Of a DNA stretch of 30,567 nucleotides, positions 28,842 to 30,567 are shown piece by piece. This DNA comes from Candidatus Ventricola intestinavium (GTDB taxonomy: Bacteria > Bacillota > Clostridia > Christensenellales > Aristaeellaceae), in NCBI GenBank assembly GCA_018715105.1, contig DVMG01000198.1:1-30567 (forward strand), in the 5' to 3' direction. The position numbers and the translations under genes are program-made. The number at the start of each line of letters is the position of its first letter. The first letter of the stretch is position 1. The notes beneath the pieces were generated by a model. That model saw only the letters and a list, made by a program, of their open reading frames with translations. It was not told the DNA's origin and made no database searches.

Positions 28842-30194
28842 ATGAAGCTCATTCGCCCTCTGTCGGCGCTGCTTGTCTGCGCCGCCTTGTCTTCTCCGGC
28901 TGCCGGCGTTCTGGCCGCCCCCGATGCTTCCGAGGCGCCGGTATTTGAGATCGCTTCTCCGGAAAACGGCGTCAACAGCGGGTTTTCCACCCAGTTGACG
29001 GTTACCGCTTCCCTCCCCGGTTTCCTGACGCTTTCGCTTTATGACAGCAGCGGCCTTGAAGTGGCAACGCTGTGCGATTACCACGAAGTTCACACTGAAG
29101 AAAACTTCCTCCTCATCAGCGCGGTGGATGACAGCGGAGAGCCCCTTGATGCGGGCACGTATACCGTCAGCGGCACAATGGTCAGTCAGTTTGGGGTTGC
29201 CTCCTCGACGGTGACGCATCCGCTCACGGTCAACGCTCCCGTCGTGTCGGAAGAGGAGAGCACCGCGCCGGAGAGTTCCGGCACGCAGGGAACGGACGAA
29301 GGGGCTGCATCCACGGATTCTTCCTCAACAGGCTCCTCCTCTTCCACAAGCGCGTCCGCATCCACGCCGGATGTCGCCTATAGCGCGGGCAGCACGGTGG
29401 TGGGCGCTGAAGGATATGCCATCGGGGTAGGCGTCGGCGATATCGTCCCGCAGGAGGACGCCGGTTACTGGGGCCTCACCGCCTCGGCCAGCGATGCGGA
29501 AATCTGGGCCGCTCTGACACGCACGATGATTGGCGTGGATGTGGGCGAAAGCGAATCCGCCTATATCTATGATTCCCCGGAAGAAGGCCGCGAGAGGCTG
29601 GGCACCGTATCCGGCATTTCTCAGGGGCTGAATGTCCTTTCCGAAAGCGATGGCTGGGCTCTGGTGGAGGCCTACCGCAATGAGGACGGCGCCTTTGTAC
29701 GGGGCTATATCCGCTCCAATAAGCTGCGCGTCGTCGAGCCAAACACCACATACGGCATCGTCATTGACAAAGCCACGCAAACGCTGACCGTCTTCAAGGA
29801 TGGCGAGCGCATCGGCTCCTGTTCGGTGAGCACCGGCCTGCCCACCAGCAAATATCTGCACCGGGAGACGCCTGCCGGCGAGTTTATCACCGTTACGCGG
29901 CGCGGCACCACAGAATACTACGGCAATGGCTATTGCAAGTATACCATCCGGATCAACGGCAGTTACCACCTGGAGGAAATCCCCACCACCAGACGCAACG
30001 GCAGTGATTTTTCCATGCTCGAGGGAACGCTCGGGCAGAAGGCGACACGCGGCAACATCTGCATAGCGCACGATGCATCAGCCGACGGCGGCATCAATGC
30101 CGAATGGATCTGGAATATGACCGATGAAAATAAGAAGGTCAAGGTACTGATTTTCGATGACAAGGAGCGCACGGCTGTCCCTGTGGGCGAATAA
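28842..30194 (+). CDS. Secreted multidomain L,D-transpeptidase (YkuD)-like protein with a degenerate active site
   Basis: Signal peptide; FlgD-Ig-like segment (LYDSSG..DDSGEPLDAGTY); Ser/Thr linker; SH3b-like segment (DGWALVE..GYI); YkuD entry IVIDKATQTLTVFKDG..CSVSTG..ETPAGEF; ATRGNIC in place of ASHGCIR. Confidence 0.85.
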   Translation: MKLIRPLSALLVCAALSSPAAGVLAAPDASEAPVFEIASPENGVNSGFSTQLTVTASLPGFLTLSLYDSSGLEVATLCDYHEVHTEENFLLISAVDDSGEPLDAGTYTVSGTMVSQFGVASSTVTHPLTVNAPVVSEEESTAPESSGTQGTDEGAASTDSSSTGSSSSTSASASTPDVAYSAGSTVVGAEGYAIGVGVGDIVPQEDAGYWGLTASASDAEIWAALTRTMIGVDVGESESAYIYDSPEEGRERLGTVSGISQGLNVLSESDGWALVEAYRNEDGAFVRGYIRSNKLRVVEPNTTYGIVIDKATQTLTVFKDGERIGSCSVSTGLPTSKYLHRETPAGEFITVTRRGTTEYYGNGYCKYTIRINGSYHLEEIPTTRRNGSDFSMLEGTLGQKATRGNICIAHDASADGGINAEWIWNMTDENKKVKVLIFDDKERTAVPVGE

Positions 30195-30205
30195 AACCAG
30201 GCACG

Positions 30206-30240
30206 AAAGAAGGAGCAGGGCATCCTGCCCTTCTTTTGTT
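30206..30240 (+). terminator. Intrinsic terminator after the YkuD-like gene
   Basis: AAAGAAGG(A)GCAGG/CCTGCCCTTCTTT stem followed by a T-tract. Confidence 0.7.
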
Positions 30241-30533
30241 ATAATCCGCCTGCCAAGCAGCGGCCTCGGGCACAAAGCAACGAAATTTACAGCTCTTTGC
30301 CGGGCCTGCAGCCTGCATCATGACGGTTGCAGACCGCAGACCGTTGACAAAACGCTTTTCTCCCCCTTCTGAAGGAGAAAAGATTCCCGCAATTCCTGGA
30401 AACGCAACGCCTATCCTGAATGAAAGCGATGCTTATGTCGGCAAACGGCAACCGGCATCATGAGGTTTGTTATGAATTATTGGAAATGCTTGGCTCTCTA
30501 TCCCTAAAATATGAGAGGTTCAACGGTTTTCTA

Positions 30534-30562
30534 TTGACATTCGGCTCAAATCCGTGTACCTT
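30534..30562 (+). promoter_or_regulatory. Possible sigma-A promoter for a gene beyond the window
   Basis: TTGACA-17 nt-TACCTT; the -10 is weak. Confidence 0.4.
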
Positions 30563-30567
30563 ATTGA

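Noticed and set aside
30420-30567. Open frame MKAMLMSANG... running off the right edge, and a GGCAAAC motif suggesting a c-di-GMP riboswitch
   Set aside because: No RBS or recognisable motif, and the frame contains a promoter-like sequence; the remaining riboswitch elements (GAAA tetraloop stem, GCAAAG) are missing.

Overview
GC-rich Clostridia-like chromosomal window (T-box leaders, sigma-A promoters, YerC, DUF3343, DUF4364). I found no integrase, transposase, CRISPR array, rRNA or tRNA. Housekeeping content: T-box-controlled ileS, the T-box-controlled aspS(ND)-gatCAB transamidation operon, gdhA, yerC with a PHP phosphatase, nth, a cysteine desulfurase-family gene and an HPr-like gene. The most interesting locus is a five-gene non-canonical dlt-like acyl-transfer cluster at 9354-15765. 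It encodes an MBOAT with a C-terminal FMYAVF tyrosine motif, an SGNH/DltD-like exported protein, a stand-alone adenylation domain, a fold-III PLP decarboxylase and a carrier protein, and may build a decarboxylated aminoacyl unit on the carrier and transfer it to a surface polymer. Three intact ORFs look like pseudoenzymes lacking catalytic residues (GH2-like, GH4-like, L,D-transpeptidase-like). A secreted protein with a 15-bp tandem repeat ends at a TAG created inside a repeat unit. All family calls come from reading motifs by eye; no searches were run.
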